Counted from the stretch's first letter, positions 10,462 to 21,735 are shown. The stretch: DNA of 64,000 nucleotides from an uncultured Planctomycetota bacterium (GCA_963845755.1 CAWJTV010000005.1:416001-480000), one strand, 5' to 3'. Notes: generated from the letters alone by a model not told the origin. A program made the numbers and translations.

Positions 10462-10908
10462 GTCTGGCACCTCCTGAGGACGGTTACCGCGGGACGACCT
10501 TTTCGGGGCGTGATTCGGAGACCCCGCGCAGAACGCCACTGCGTCCCCCCTCACCCTATACATCGCCCCGCTGGCAGTGCTTTTTCCGGGGCCATTGATT
10601 CTCACCGGTCCCGGTGCCGTCGTCCAGGGTATGGTGAAGCCGGACGGCGCCGGCCTTCTCAATACGCGTTATGGACAGATGACGATGGCCTCGATCGCGC
10701 AGGCAGCGATCGATCGGCTTCGCCAGCGGCTGGCCCCACCGGTTGGCTGCCCGGGTGTTCGAACTCCGATGAAATGACCGACGGCGCTGTCGGGCCGTCG
10801 ATGATGTGATACACTCGGCGGATGGTCGACCCGCGTCCGGGAAGACAGGGGCGCGGGTCCAGGCAACGGTCGTCCTTCATCTCGCGAAGTCGCTACCGGA
10901 GACAACCT

Positions 10909-11946
10909 ATGCGAACGACCTGCCTCAGCATGCTGGTGGTCGTCCTGTCGGATCTCGGCGCGCCGGCCTATGCGTCCGACTACGCGGTCGGGGCCGACTT
11001 GTCGTTCCTGAAGCAGGCCGAGGACCGCGGCACCGTCTTCAAGGACGAGGGGAAGGCCCGGCCTGCCCTCCAGATCTTCAAGGATCACGGATACAACTGG
11101 GTGCGCCTGCGGCTGTTCCACTCGCCGAAGTCGCTTCCCAACAACCGCGACTACACGATCGCGCTGGCCAGGGCCGCCCGGGAGCAGGGGTTCCGGTTCT
11201 TGCTCGACTTCCATTACTCCGACACCTGGGCCGACCCGGGGAAGCAGTTCACACCCGCGGCCTGGAAGGGCAAGTCGCACGAGGAGCTGGTGCGAGCGGT
11301 CTTCGAGTACACACGCGACACCATCGCCGCGTTCCGCGCGGCGGGCGTGCCGCCCGACATGGTGCAGGTCGGCAACGAGGTCATCAATGGCATGCTCTGG
11401 CCCGACGGCGGACTTCCCGCGCGCTGGGACAATTTCGCCGACCTGGTGAAGGCCGGGATCCGGGGAGTCGAGGCGGGCCGTGGTGACGGCCCGCGCCCGA
11501 GGATCATGATCCACATCGACCGCGGCGCCGATCGGCGCGGCACCAAGGCGTTCTTCGACCGGCTGAATTCGTACCACGTCGACTACGACGTGATCGGCCA
11601 GTCGTACTACCCCTGGTGGCACGGCAGCCTGCTTGACCTGCGCGAGAACCTCGCCTTCATGTCCAGCGCGTACCAGAAGGAGATCCTCCTCGTGGAAGTG
11701 GCCTACTGCTGGCGTCCCACCGAGTATCGCAAGCGGCCCGGCCCGTTCCCCGAAACCCCCGAAGGCCAGCGTGCGTTCCTCGACGAGGTGAACCGGCTGG
11801 TGCTCGCTACGCCTGGAGGCCGCGGCATCGGCGTCTTCTGGTGGGAACCGGCCGTCGTCGGCCCGTTGCGGAGCCGCGGCTACTTCGACGACGACGGCGA
11901 CGCCCTGCCGGTTCACCAGGTATTCGATCGCTTCACCCGGAGGTGA
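10909..11946 (+). CDS. GH53 arabinogalactan endo-beta-1,4-galactanase
   Basis: GADLS, NWVRLRL, LLDFHYSDTWADPGKQ, MVQVGNE, SYYPWWHG, VEVAY, FWWEP; signal peptide. Confidence 0.93.
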   Translation: MRTTCLSMLVVVLSDLGAPAYASDYAVGADLSFLKQAEDRGTVFKDEGKARPALQIFKDHGYNWVRLRLFHSPKSLPNNRDYTIALARAAREQGFRFLLDFHYSDTWADPGKQFTPAAWKGKSHEELVRAVFEYTRDTIAAFRAAGVPPDMVQVGNEVINGMLWPDGGLPARWDNFADLVKAGIRGVEAGRGDGPRPRIMIHIDRGADRRGTKAFFDRLNSYHVDYDVIGQSYYPWWHGSLLDLRENLAFMSSAYQKEILLVEVAYCWRPTEYRKRPGPFPETPEGQRAFLDEVNRLVLATPGGRGIGVFWWEPAVVGPLRSRGYFDDDGDALPVHQVFDRFTRR

Positions 11947-12311
11947 GCGGCAGATGCCGGATCGTCGGGAGGAGCCGCCATTGCAGGCAGTGTGGTAAGC
12001 GCGGCTCGCCTGCACGTTCCCCATGGGGTCGCGCCGACGGCTGTCGGGTCGAACATAATCGGCGTTATCAATCGGTTGTGGCATTGGACTGGTAGCCGCA
12101 TACTCTCACAGTTGCATCGCGCTTCATGACATCCCAAGCTCCTTTCGGGACGTCGCGAGGAATCAAGACTTCTGAGTTTTCGCTACCGGGCGGGCTAGCG
12201 CGAATCCTCCGTGGCTCCATTCCCCGGGTTTTCCCTGGTTCTCGACGGCTCGCAGGAGAGGCGTGCTCCCGGAACCGAACGATCGGGCCGGTCGATACGG
12301 AGACTGTCGTG

Positions 12312-13454
12312 ATGATTCAAGAGTGGCACGAGCATGTCAAGGAGGCGTATTCGTCCAGCCTCGGGCGGCCCCGAGGCGAGCTGGCCACGCCGGCCCTGAT
12401 CCTGGATCTCGATCTGGCCCGGCGCAACCTCCAGTTCATGGCCGAGAGGATGAAGACGTTCCCTGCGGGGCTCCGCCCTCATATCAAGGTTCATAAATGC
12501 GCCGAGCTCTCCCGGATGCAGGTCCAGGCCGGGGCCATCGGCGTCTGCACGGCCACGGTCTGGGAGGCGATCGTCATGAGCCGTGCCGGCATCGAGGACG
12601 TCTTGATTGCCAACCAGGTCGTCGGCGGCGACAAGATTCGGGCCCTGGCCAGCCGGCAGGGCCGCCTGACCGTGGCCGTGGATGATCCGCGCAACTGCGA
12701 CGAGCTCGACCGCGCGGTCCAGGCGGCCGGGAGCCGGCTCGAGGTCCTGATCGAGGTGGACGTGGGCATGAAGAGAGGCGGCGTGCGCTCGGCAGGCGAG
12801 GCTGTGGCGCTGGCGCATCACCTGACCCGGCTCCCGGGCCTCCGTTTCCGCGGCGTCCAGGGATATGAAGGGCATTGCATGCTGGAACCGGACCGGGACG
12901 TGCGGATCGCCAAGACCCGGCAGGCTATCGACGACCTGGACGCCGTCGTGGAGACCTTGCGCCGGGCGGGCTTCCCGAGTGAGGTCGTCTCCATGGGCGG
13001 CACCGGGACCTACGACATCACGGGCGCCGATCCTCGCGTCACCGAGATTCAAGCCGGTTCCTATATCTTCATGGATATGTTCCACGGGAACCTCGTACCC
13101 GGGTTCTCCCGCGCACTGACCGTGCTCGGCACGGTGGTCGCCCAGCACGACCGCACGATCGTGCTCGACGCCGGACGCAAGTCCATCGGCATCGACCTCG
13201 CCCTCCCGACCATGGTCCCCTATCCCTTCTACCAGGCCCGCTACTTCGCCGAAGAGCACGCGCTGTTTGATGTGGATGAACGCTGCCGGCTCGAGCTCGG
13301 CGGGACCGTCGAGCTGGTGCCGGGATATGCCCCGAGCACGGTCAACCTGTACGACGCGTATCATGTCGTGGAGGGCGGCGTGGTGACGGAGATCTGGCCC
13401 GTGATCCCGCGAGGACCCGGGCACGTGGGAATTCTTGCCGGAGCATCCCGATGA
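12312..13454 (+). CDS. DSD1/D-threonine aldolase-like PLP enzyme (alanine racemase fold)
   Basis: LATPALILD, LRPHIKVHK (PLP lysine), EVDVGMKRGG, QGYEGH, GGTGT, EIQAGSYIFMD, DAGRKS, EEH. Confidence 0.88.
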   Translation: MIQEWHEHVKEAYSSSLGRPRGELATPALILDLDLARRNLQFMAERMKTFPAGLRPHIKVHKCAELSRMQVQAGAIGVCTATVWEAIVMSRAGIEDVLIANQVVGGDKIRALASRQGRLTVAVDDPRNCDELDRAVQAAGSRLEVLIEVDVGMKRGGVRSAGEAVALAHHLTRLPGLRFRGVQGYEGHCMLEPDRDVRIAKTRQAIDDLDAVVETLRRAGFPSEVVSMGGTGTYDITGADPRVTEIQAGSYIFMDMFHGNLVPGFSRALTVLGTVVAQHDRTIVLDAGRKSIGIDLALPTMVPYPFYQARYFAEEHALFDVDERCRLELGGTVELVPGYAPSTVNLYDAYHVVEGGVVTEIWPVIPRGPGHVGILAGASR

Positions 13455-14401
13455 AGACGTTGACATTGCCGAAGCCGGTTTCCGCCCGGGAGTTCGAGCA
13501 GCTCTTCCGGGAACTCTCCAACTGGGGCCGCTGGGGCGAGGACGACGAGCGCGGCACGCTCAATTACATCAGGCCGGAGCACGTCAAGACTGCGGCCGGG
13601 CTCGTCCGCACCGGACGCAGCGTCTCCCTCTCGCTGCCGATCAACACGGTTGCAGGCCCCGACAACCCCCGCCCGGCGCTCCATTACATGATCCACCGTC
13701 ATGAGTCGGACCTGTCCGACGGTCCCCCGCGGTTCGCCACCGACTTCCTCGCCAGCGAGTTCCACGGCGACAGCTTCACGCACATCGATGCGCTCTGCCA
13801 CGTCAGCTATCAGGGGACCCTCTACAATGGCAAGCCAATCTCGAGCGTGACCGGGCGGGGGGCGCAGTTGCAGGATATCACTGCCTTCGCACACGGGATC
13901 GCGGGCCGCGGCGTGCTCCTGGACTTCCCTCGCCTGCGCGGGGTCCCCTGGCTGGAACCGGGCGAGGCCGTGACGCCACAAGAACTCGAAGCCGCCGAGA
14001 AGGCCCAGGGCGTCACGCTGGGCGAGGGGGATATCCTCCTCTTCCGCACCGGCCATCACCGGCGGCGCCTGGAATTGGGCCCCTGGAACAACGGTTATGG
14101 CGGCGAAGGAAAAGCGGGCCTTCACGTCTCGGCGCTGCGAACGCTCCACGAACGCGAGGTGGCGGTGTTCCTCCCCGATGGCGATGGGGAGACCGTCCCG
14201 TCCCGGGTCGAGGGGATCGCGTATCCCATCCACATCCTCCAGATCGTGGCCATGGGGATGGTCTGTGCGGATAGCCTCCAGTTCGAGGAGCTGGTCACGG
14301 TCTGCGAGCAGGAGCAGCGCTGGGAGTTCATGGTCGTGGCCTGTCCGCTCCGCTTGCCCGGGGGCACGGGGTCGCTCTTCAACCCCATCGCGATCTTCTG
14401 A
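13451..14401 (+). CDS. Cyclase (kynurenine formamidase-like) family metallohydrolase
   Basis: NWGRWGEDDERGTLN, HGDSFTHIDALCH, GIAGRGVLLD, GDILLFRTG, GGTGSLFNPIAIF; ATGA overlap with the upstream gene. Confidence 0.9.
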   Translation: MKTLTLPKPVSAREFEQLFRELSNWGRWGEDDERGTLNYIRPEHVKTAAGLVRTGRSVSLSLPINTVAGPDNPRPALHYMIHRHESDLSDGPPRFATDFLASEFHGDSFTHIDALCHVSYQGTLYNGKPISSVTGRGAQLQDITAFAHGIAGRGVLLDFPRLRGVPWLEPGEAVTPQELEAAEKAQGVTLGEGDILLFRTGHHRRRLELGPWNNGYGGEGKAGLHVSALRTLHEREVAVFLPDGDGETVPSRVEGIAYPIHILQIVAMGMVCADSLQFEELVTVCEQEQRWEFMVVACPLRLPGGTGSLFNPIAIF

Positions 14402-14466
14402 GCCGCTCGGCCCGAGGGATCGCCTGAGAGAGGATCGATCGGCGATATCCGACTCCGGGCCGCCGG

Positions 14467-15237
14467 TCATTGGCTCATGATGTCGCCGCCGGTGACGAGC
14501 AAGTGCTCGCCGGTGAGGAAATCCGACAAATGGGAGGCCAGGAACAGGGCGACTCGGGCCACATCCTCGGGCTCCCCGACCCTCTTCAAAGCGGCCATCT
14601 CGGCCCAGGCCTCCAGGCTGTTCTCCTTCTGCCGGGTCGCCTTGAGGAAGCGTTCGGTCATGGGCGTCTTGATGGCGCCGGGGCAGATCGCGTTGCAATA
14701 GACCCCATGTCGCCCCAGCTCCTTGGCGATGACCCGGGTTAACCCAATGATCGCCGACTTGGACGCGCAATAGGCGGCCGCGCCCTCGGGTGTCGGCGCC
14801 ACGCCGGAGTCCGAGGCGATGTTGATGATCTTCCCGCCGCCTTGCCGCACCATGATCCGGGCCACGGCCTGTGAGAGCAGGAACGTCCCTTTGACGTTGA
14901 CGGTCTGGTGCCGGTCCCACATCTCCTCGCTGGTCTCGAGGAACGGCACCCATTCCTGCACCCCGGCATTATTCACCAGGACGTCGATCCGGTCGAACTC
15001 CTCCTCGATAACCGCGACGACGGCCCGGATCTCCGCTCCGTCCGCCACATCCAACCGGTAGGACCGCGTCGTCCCACCCGTCTTCTGGTGGATCTCCGCG
15101 GCGGTTTCGCCCACCTTCTGCTCCTGGATGTCCGTGAGGACGACGACGGCCCCTTCCACGGCAAGAGTCGTGGCGATTCCCTCGCCGATCCCTTGGGCCG
15201 CGCCCGTGACGAGCGCGACCTTTCCTTCGAGCAACAT
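14467..15237 (-). CDS. SDR family NAD(P)-dependent oxidoreductase
   Basis: TGAAQGIG, NNAG, YCASK catalytic motif, NAICPG; AGGAGG ribosome-binding site. Confidence 0.93.
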   Translation of the reverse strand: MLLEGKVALVTGAAQGIGEGIATTLAVEGAVVVLTDIQEQKVGETAAEIHQKTGGTTRSYRLDVADGAEIRAVVAVIEEEFDRIDVLVNNAGVQEWVPFLETSEEMWDRHQTVNVKGTFLLSQAVARIMVRQGGGKIINIASDSGVAPTPEGAAAYCASKSAIIGLTRVIAKELGRHGVYCNAICPGAIKTPMTERFLKATRQKENSLEAWAEMAALKRVGEPEDVARVALFLASHLSDFLTGEHLLVTGGDIMSQ

Positions 15238-15619
15238 GAGTCACCTCCTGAGTCTCGGGACCCCTCTCGCGCCGCGGTGTGTCCCCCACATCTCGGCCGC
15301 TGACTCCGAGTTTAGGGCCTGCAACCGCAAGAGACAAATCGGATCGTTCCATTCGTCCTTGAATGCCAGTGCTCTGGGATCTCCCCGTGACGGACATCCA
15401 CCCCAGCGGCTGCGAGCTGGGATGGGGCCTCACCGGAGGAAGAAACCGTCTTGTCGTCGGCTCGGACACTTGACATCGGATCGAAATCGCCTCTAAGATC
15501 ACGTCCCGACTCTCGCGGCGGAGCCTCTCAGCAGGGATCATGCGGGAGCCTTCTGTAGACTCCTCTCGCATCGTTCAGCCGCGAGCATCCGTGGCGAATC
15601 AGCCGGCCCATCCGGGCCC

Positions 15620-17135
15620 ATGGTCGCACAGGCATCCCGCACCGAAATCCTTGTCCTGGCAGCCATCCCATGGACCCCCCGACCGCCCGATGCCAAACCC
15701 GAAGCGACCGGTCCAGAGACGCTAACGATAGCCTCTCAGGTTGGACTCCACCTCGGCGCCCTCAGGCTCCCCGAGATCGTGATGCAAGGCATCGCCCATA
15801 CGGCGCCTGCGACGGCCGTCCTGCTCACCCTGCCGTTCATCGCGTCCCACGCCGGCCTGGCCGCTCCCCTGGCCTACCTCATCGCCCTCCTGATCGTGCT
15901 GATGCTCGGCTTCGGGCTCTCGCAACTGGCCGGAGAAATGCCCTCCGCTGGGGGCTACTACACCTACGTGAGCCGGACCGTGGGCCCCCGCGCCGGTTTC
16001 CTGACCGCCTGGCTGTTCTTCCTCTATGCACCGACAACCCCGGCGTTCAGCCTGGCGATGATGGGCTGGGTGCTCGAGTCGGCCCTGAAGGCCGAGTATG
16101 GAATGTCGTTCCCGTGGTGGCTGTTCCTCATCCTCGGGGCGTCATTTACAACCTGGGCGACCTACCGCCGGATCGAGGTCTCGGCCGCGGCGCTGATGGC
16201 CCTTGGCTTTCTGGAAACGGGCATCGTCGTCCTGCTGGCCGGTTGGGGCCTGATCGCTCCCGGCCTGGGAGGCATCAGCCTCGCCTCGTTCAGCCCGGCG
16301 AGCGCGCCGAGCGGCAACGGACTCTACCTGGGCGTCATCTTCTCGCTCTTCGCCCTGACCGGCTGGGAGGGGGTCGTCCCGCTGGCCGAGGAGAGTGAGA
16401 ACCCCCGCCTCCTGCTGCCGCGAGCGATCGTGAGCACGATCGTAATCATGGGGGCTTACCTGGTCTTCACCTCGTGGGGAATCCTGATCGGCTGGGGTAC
16501 GGACGACCTCGGGGCTCTGGTCGCGTCCAAGGAGCTGCCCCCCTTCGTTCTGGCGCGGCGATTCTGGGGAGCCGGTTGGGTCGTCTTGTTGTTCGCTCTG
16601 CTCAACTCGATGATTGCGGTCTCCATCGCCAGCAGCCTCGTCTCGACCCGGATGTGGTACGCGATGGCGAGGTCCGGGGCGCGTACCGAAGTCGCTGGCG
16701 GCAATTCATCCCTGGCACAAGACGCCGGTCAACGCCGTGTCGTTCCAGGCGCTCGTGACCCTCATAGGCGGACTGGGGCTCGGCTACTGGGTCGGCCCGG
16801 ACCAAGTCTTCTACCTGATGGGAACAGTCTTGACCCTCGCACTGGCTCTCATCTACAGCGTCGGAAACCTCGGCGTGTTCCTCCATTATCGGAGGCATCG
16901 GGCCAGTTTTCGCGGGATCCCGCATGCGCTCTTCCCACTGATCTCAACACTCGCGGTCCTCTGGGTCGCCTACAAGTCGATCGTCCCACTCCCGCCTGGA
17001 CCACTGGCATATGCCCCCGCAATCGTCACCGTCTGGCTGCTCGCCGGTGTCACCGTCCTGATCGTCTCCAAGGGACTCGGTCGAGAGGATTGGCTGCTCG
17101 CAGCCGGGGCAGCCGCCCGTCAGACGGCGGAGTAG
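15620..17135 (+). CDS. APC family amino acid permease; frameshift near 16678; start uncertain
   Basis: Many hydrophobic helices; PSAGGYYTYV, TGWE, LAEE, TRMWYAMARSG, then PKSLAAIHPWHKTP in the next frame. Confidence 0.87.
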
Positions 17136-17723
17136 TCGCACGGCTGATCCTGTTCAGCTCGGCCCCTACAGGTGTTGACGATGGGCTAGGGCGGAGGCCG
17201 TCCATCCGACGTGGTAATCCAGAACTCCGGAGGAGAAATCCAGGAAGTGGCTCGCCCTTGTCCGGCTCATCGAAAGCGGGCGGACGAGATTTCACTGCCC
17301 CGCCATCCAGGACAGTCCGAGGAAACGTCTTTCACACAGGTCCTGACCCAACATTCGTGTACCGAGCGGCAAAGCAGCGAGCCCAAAGCTGTGCAGGTCA
17401 GACACCGTCACGGGCGGCACAGCCGCTGCGTTTGAACGCGGTTGAAACATAATCAAACGCATTATCGGACTCGCCGATGTCTGCCCAATACCCAACGCCA
17501 TGAGTGATCCGGCAGTCTCCTCCTCAGCCTGGCGTTCCACCGGACTTGCCCAAGGGCGATGGGATGACCGCTATCCCGATCCTGGCTGGTGTCTGCGCAA
17601 GCGACACTCCGCCGAGTCCTCCTGCTTAATTCCTCCGAAATTCAAGTTATAAATCAATGTGGATGGCATTAACCCTGCCAGGCCACACATCGCGATCCTT
17701 TTCTCACCATCGGAGGAATCATT

Positions 17724-18092
17724 TTGTCTCACATCGTGACCGTCAAGACCGAGGTCCGCGACCATGCCGCGGTCGCGGCGGCCTGCCGCCGGCTCGCACT
17801 GCCCGGGCCGGTCCAGGGCACCGCCCATCTTTACAGCGTCCATGTCGGCGGGCTGCTCGTCCACCTGCCCGACTGGCTCTACCCGGTCGTGATCGACACG
17901 GCCACGGGCAGCATCCGCTATGACAACTATGAAGGCTGCTGGGGCGACAAGAAGCATCTCCATCACTTTCTGCAAGCCTACGTCGTCGAGAGGTCTCTCA
18001 TCGAGGCCCGCAAGAAGAGCTACGTGACCACCGAGCAGTCCCTGGCCGACGGTTCCATCATGGTCGAGATCAAGGTGGGAGGCTCGGCATGA
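17724..18092 (+). CDS. DUF1257 (Ycf35-like) protein
   Basis: MSHIVTVKTEVRD, LPDWLYPVV, YDNYEGCWG, FLQAY, EQSLADGSI; GGAGG plus TTG start. Confidence 0.78.
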   Translation: MSHIVTVKTEVRDHAAVAAACRRLALPGPVQGTAHLYSVHVGGLLVHLPDWLYPVVIDTATGSIRYDNYEGCWGDKKHLHHFLQAYVVERSLIEARKKSYVTTEQSLADGSIMVEIKVGGSA

Positions 18093-18283
18093 AGAAGATC
18101 ATCCGCGTGATCGTCGGCCCCAAGGGCGAGACGAGAGTTGAGACGAAGGGCTTCACGGGTGGTGAGTGCCGCGAGGCCAGCCGGTTCATCGAACAGGCCC
18201 TGGGTCAGCCGGTCAATGAGCAGCTCACGGCCGAGTTCTACCAGTCACAGGCCACCGACCAGCAGATCCAGCAGTCGCAGTGA
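18089..18283 (+). CDS. DUF2997 protein
   Basis: IVGPKGETRVETKGFTGGEC...IEQALG...LTAEFY; ATGA overlap with the DUF1257 gene. Confidence 0.82.
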   Translation: MKKIIRVIVGPKGETRVETKGFTGGECREASRFIEQALGQPVNEQLTAEFYQSQATDQQIQQSQ

Positions 18284-18322
18284 TCTCGGCATCCCCCATG
18301 GTCTCGTTCGAGGAGATGCGCG

Positions 18323-18715
18323 ATGTTCGACACCTGCGAACAGACCCCCGAGTTTGCGCTGATCGAGGCCATTGCCGCGGCCCTGCGTGAGGAGTTGGGC
18401 ATTGAGATCGAGGACCAGCCCGGCTTCCACGATCCCTCCGAGGCCGGCGAGGTCAACAGGGCATTCCGGGTCATGGTCAAGACCATCCTCCGGAAATGCC
18501 TCCCACCGGGCGAGGATCTGCCGGTGTTCCCGAGCCGGGTCCTCGGGCGCCTCGCACGGCGACGGCTTGAAGCAGGTCTGCTCGACGCCCGCGAGGTCGA
18601 GCACCTGATCGGCCTGGAACTGGATGGCCGCGATGACTGGCTCGCCTCTCTGATCCTGACCGACTGGACTGAAATCGAGCATCTCCTGCAAACCCGCGGG
18701 CCCGACCATGATTGA
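18323..18715 (+). CDS. Hypothetical protein, 130 aa
   Basis: GAGGAG ribosome-binding site, protein-like composition, fills the gap in the operon. Confidence 0.6.
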   Translation: MFDTCEQTPEFALIEAIAAALREELGIEIEDQPGFHDPSEAGEVNRAFRVMVKTILRKCLPPGEDLPVFPSRVLGRLARRRLEAGLLDAREVEHLIGLELDGRDDWLASLILTDWTEIEHLLQTRGPDHD

Positions 18716-18775
18716 TCCGGCCCCCTGACTGACCTCTTCCCCAACCCGATCCGACACCATCACGAGGAGGACCTC

Positions 18776-20268
18776 ATGACGCTTGCCGAGCGTTTGGCTG
18801 AGTTCGTGCGCACCGCCTTCACCGGCCTGTGGATCCAGTCGTTCGAGCACGACGACGCGATCGCCGAGATCGCCCGGCTCTGCCGCCAGCAACGCTGGGC
18901 GTTGGCGACCTGGGACATCGATCGCGGCCTTTCCATGGCCGGTCGGTCCGAGGATTCCGCCAGCGTCATCAATGCCACCGATCCGCTGGCCGCCATCCGC
19001 TCGCTGGGGGCGATGGCCAATCCCGACGGCACGTCGTTGCTCGTCCTTCGGAACTTCAACCGGTTCCTCAACAACATCGAGGTCGTCCAGGCCCTCGACT
19101 CGGCGATCTCCGCCGGCAAGACCGGGCGGACGTTCGTCGTCGTCCTCTCGCCCGTGGTCAACATCCCCGTCGAGCTAGAGCGGCAGTTCGTCGTGATCGA
19201 GCACGACCTGCCCGGCTGCGACCAGCTCGAGCGGATTGCCAGTGGCATCGCCACCGATCCCGGCGAGCTGCCCGAGGGCGATGCACTCACGGCCGTGCTG
19301 GATGCAGCGGCGGGCCTGACCCGCGTCGAGGCCGAGAATGCGCTCAGTCTGTCCCTGGTTCGGCATAACCGGATCACGCCGGATGTGCTCTGGGAGCTCA
19401 AGGGCCAGACGCTCAAGAAGAGCGGACTGCTGGCCTTGCATCGGGGCGGCGAAACCTTCGCCGACCTGAGCGGGCTGCAGGCCCTCAAGTCGTTCTGCAC
19501 TCGCCGCCCTGCGGCCGGGCCGACGCGCCGACGTCCAGGCTCGGGGCGTGCTCCTCCTGGGCCCTCCAGGGTCCGGCAAATCGGCCTGTGCCAAGGCTCT
19601 TGGCAACGAAACCGGCCGTCCCACCCTCTTGATGGACGTCGGCACGCTCATGGGTTCCTTGATCGGCCAGACCGAGGAACGGACGCGACAGGCCCTGAAG
19701 ATTGCCGACGCGATGGCGCCGTGCGTCATCATGATCGACGAGCTGGACAAGGCGCTCTCCGGCGTCGGCAGCACCGGCGACAGCGGCGTGTCCACCCGGA
19801 TGTTCGGGACGCTCCTGACCTACCTGAGCGACCACGACTCCGACGTCTTCATCGTCGCCTCGGCCAATGATATCTCGAAGCTGCCGCCCGAGTTCGCGCG
19901 CCGAGCGGTTCGACGGCGTCTTCTTCCTGGACCTGCCGGGCCAGAGCGAGCGGCAGACGATCTGGCAGATGTACATTCGCAAGTTCGGGCTCGATCCCGG
20001 CCAGCGCCTTCCCCAGGATCGCGAGTGGACCGGCGCGGAGATCCGATCGTGCTGTCGCCTGGCGGCCCAGCTGGACGTCCCATTGACCGAGGCCGCCTCG
20101 AACATCGTCCCGGTTGCGGTGACGGCCGGCGAGGCCGTGGAGAAGCTCCGGCAGTGGGCCAGCGGGCGGTGCCTGTCGGCCGAGCGGCCGGGGATCTACG
20201 CGCGCGAGGGCAACGGGATTCCCCAATCGGGGCGCAGCGTTCATCGCGGCGATCCCCGCGATAACTGA
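18776..20268 (+). CDS. Ycf46-like AAA+ ATPase; frameshifts near 19505 and 19900
   Basis: N-terminal IPVELE region, Walker A GPPGSGKS, Walker B IMIDELDK, ANDISKLPPEF, ERFDGVFFLDLP, WTGAEI, LRQWASGRCLSA. Confidence 0.87.
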
Positions 20269-20407
20269 AGGGGAACGCCGGACGGGCGGATCGGTTCTGG
20301 GCACTGCCATGTGTCGTGCCTGGGATCGGTCGCTACGCGGCCACTCTGGAAGATGAAGCACTCGATCACCATCCCCTACCCACCACCGAACCACCGGAGA
20401 ACCTCGC

Positions 20408-20674
20408 TTGAGTATCCCCTACCGGATCGCCCTGGAGATCCCGGGTGAACCCCGGGAGGCCCCGACCACCGTCACGAGCTTCGAACAGGGCGTGGCGGCC
20501 TGCGTTGCTTATGCCCGTCAGCATCCGGGCGTCCCGGTGCGCATGTTCGTGCAGGTCGATGAGACGACCCTGTTCGATCATCATTACGCCGTGTTCGAGG
20601 TCAAGGTGCCGACGCTGGAGCCGTTCACGCGGGCCGGGATCCGGCGCCGGTTCGGCGAGGAGCCGCCGGTCTGA
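20408..20674 (+). CDS. Hypothetical protein, 88 aa
   Basis: GGAGA ribosome-binding site with TTG start; protein-like composition. Confidence 0.55.
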   Translation: MSIPYRIALEIPGEPREAPTTVTSFEQGVAACVAYARQHPGVPVRMFVQVDETTLFDHHYAVFEVKVPTLEPFTRAGIRRRFGEEPPV

Positions 20675-20752
20675 GCCGGGATGCCGGTCCCCGTGGTCCG
20701 GCGGGAGAATTCCACTCCCGACCCGGACCGGCTCGACTTTCAGGAAACCCTC

Positions 20753-21229
20753 ATGAGAAACCCATCCGAGCTGTCGCGTGCGGAGCTCGAATCGATCGCC
20801 GAGCAGATCCGGGACATCCTCTGGCGCGACCACCGCACCAACGAGCTTGATCCGGACAAGGAATGGAACATCGAGACGATCGAGTACGTCTCGGGCGTGC
20901 TCGAGGATGCCGGGCTCAAGCCTGGGGCCCCGGCGGTACTCCAGGCCGATTCCGGACCTGTTGCGGCCGATGCTTCCGCCGAATCGACCAGTCATGAGCC
21001 GGCCCGTGATGATCACGAGACATCGCCGGTGGCCGCGATGCGGTCTGCCCTGGACGCCATCATCGACACGATCGAGGCCAGTGGTGGCGGCATCCGCGGC
21101 GAGGACGGACTGCTGTCGCCGGAGGGTGATCCCGACTGGATCGACCTGGGCGAAGCCTACGTCCTGGCCTGCACCGCGATCGGCCGAACTCCCCTGATCA
21201 TCGAGACAGGGGAGAGCGAACAAGCCTGA
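20753..21229 (+). CDS. Acidic hypothetical protein
   Basis: AGGA site before MRNPSELSRAELE; two compact segments joined by a low-complexity linker. Confidence 0.6.
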   Translation: MRNPSELSRAELESIAEQIRDILWRDHRTNELDPDKEWNIETIEYVSGVLEDAGLKPGAPAVLQADSGPVAADASAESTSHEPARDDHETSPVAAMRSALDAIIDTIEASGGGIRGEDGLLSPEGDPDWIDLGEAYVLACTAIGRTPLIIETGESEQA

Positions 21230-21294
21230 TGTCTTGCGGCGTGCGGAAGGAAGCGTTTCGGCATTCGAATCACCGACTCTCTTGAAGGAGAACC

Positions 21295-21735
21295 ATGCTC
21301 GTCATCCATCCCGAGAGCCACGTCAACCACGTCTCGGCGTGCCTCATCGAGGCCGCGACGTTGAGGTTCGCTGAGGTGACCAACCCCGACCGGCGGATCA
21401 TCATCGAGACCTTCGAACTGCCGGAAGAGGCAGGGACGGTCGCGTGTGCCTTGTACGGCCCGGCCCTGGGCGATCCGTCGCTGTGCGAGGACGAGGTCCA
21501 GTACCGGGTCCGCCCCGGACGCTCCTGGCCCAGCCGGACGGTGGCTCGCCCGGTCCGCCAGACCCGGACCCTGACCGTAATCGCCGGACCGAACAGCGGC
21601 GAGGACCTGGTCCTGTTCACCTGCCATGGCGGGCCGGCGGCCCCGCCGGAAGTCAATGATCCCAACCTCGAGCCGGCCGATCGGGCGGCGTCGCTCGCGT
21701 TCTGGAACGACCACGCCCTGGCCCTGGAGGCATGA
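21295..21735 (+). CDS. Hypothetical protein, 146 aa
   Basis: AAGGAG ribosome-binding site; ATGA overlap with the next gene. Confidence 0.68.
   Translation: MLVIHPESHVNHVSACLIEAATLRFAEVTNPDRRIIIETFELPEEAGTVACALYGPALGDPSLCEDEVQYRVRPGRSWPSRTVARPVRQTRTLTVIAGPNSGEDLVLFTCHGGPAAPPEVNDPNLEPADRAASLAFWNDHALALEA

Noticed and set aside
7893..14953. Long ORFs opposite the dehydratase, GH53, PLP enzyme and cyclase genes
   Set aside because: They overlap well-supported genes on the other strand and lack family motifs
17626..17672. AT-rich patch (TTCAAGTTATAAATCAATG) as the island attachment site
   Set aside because: No matching copy found by eye at the right end (30600-30970); it is equally consistent with a promoter
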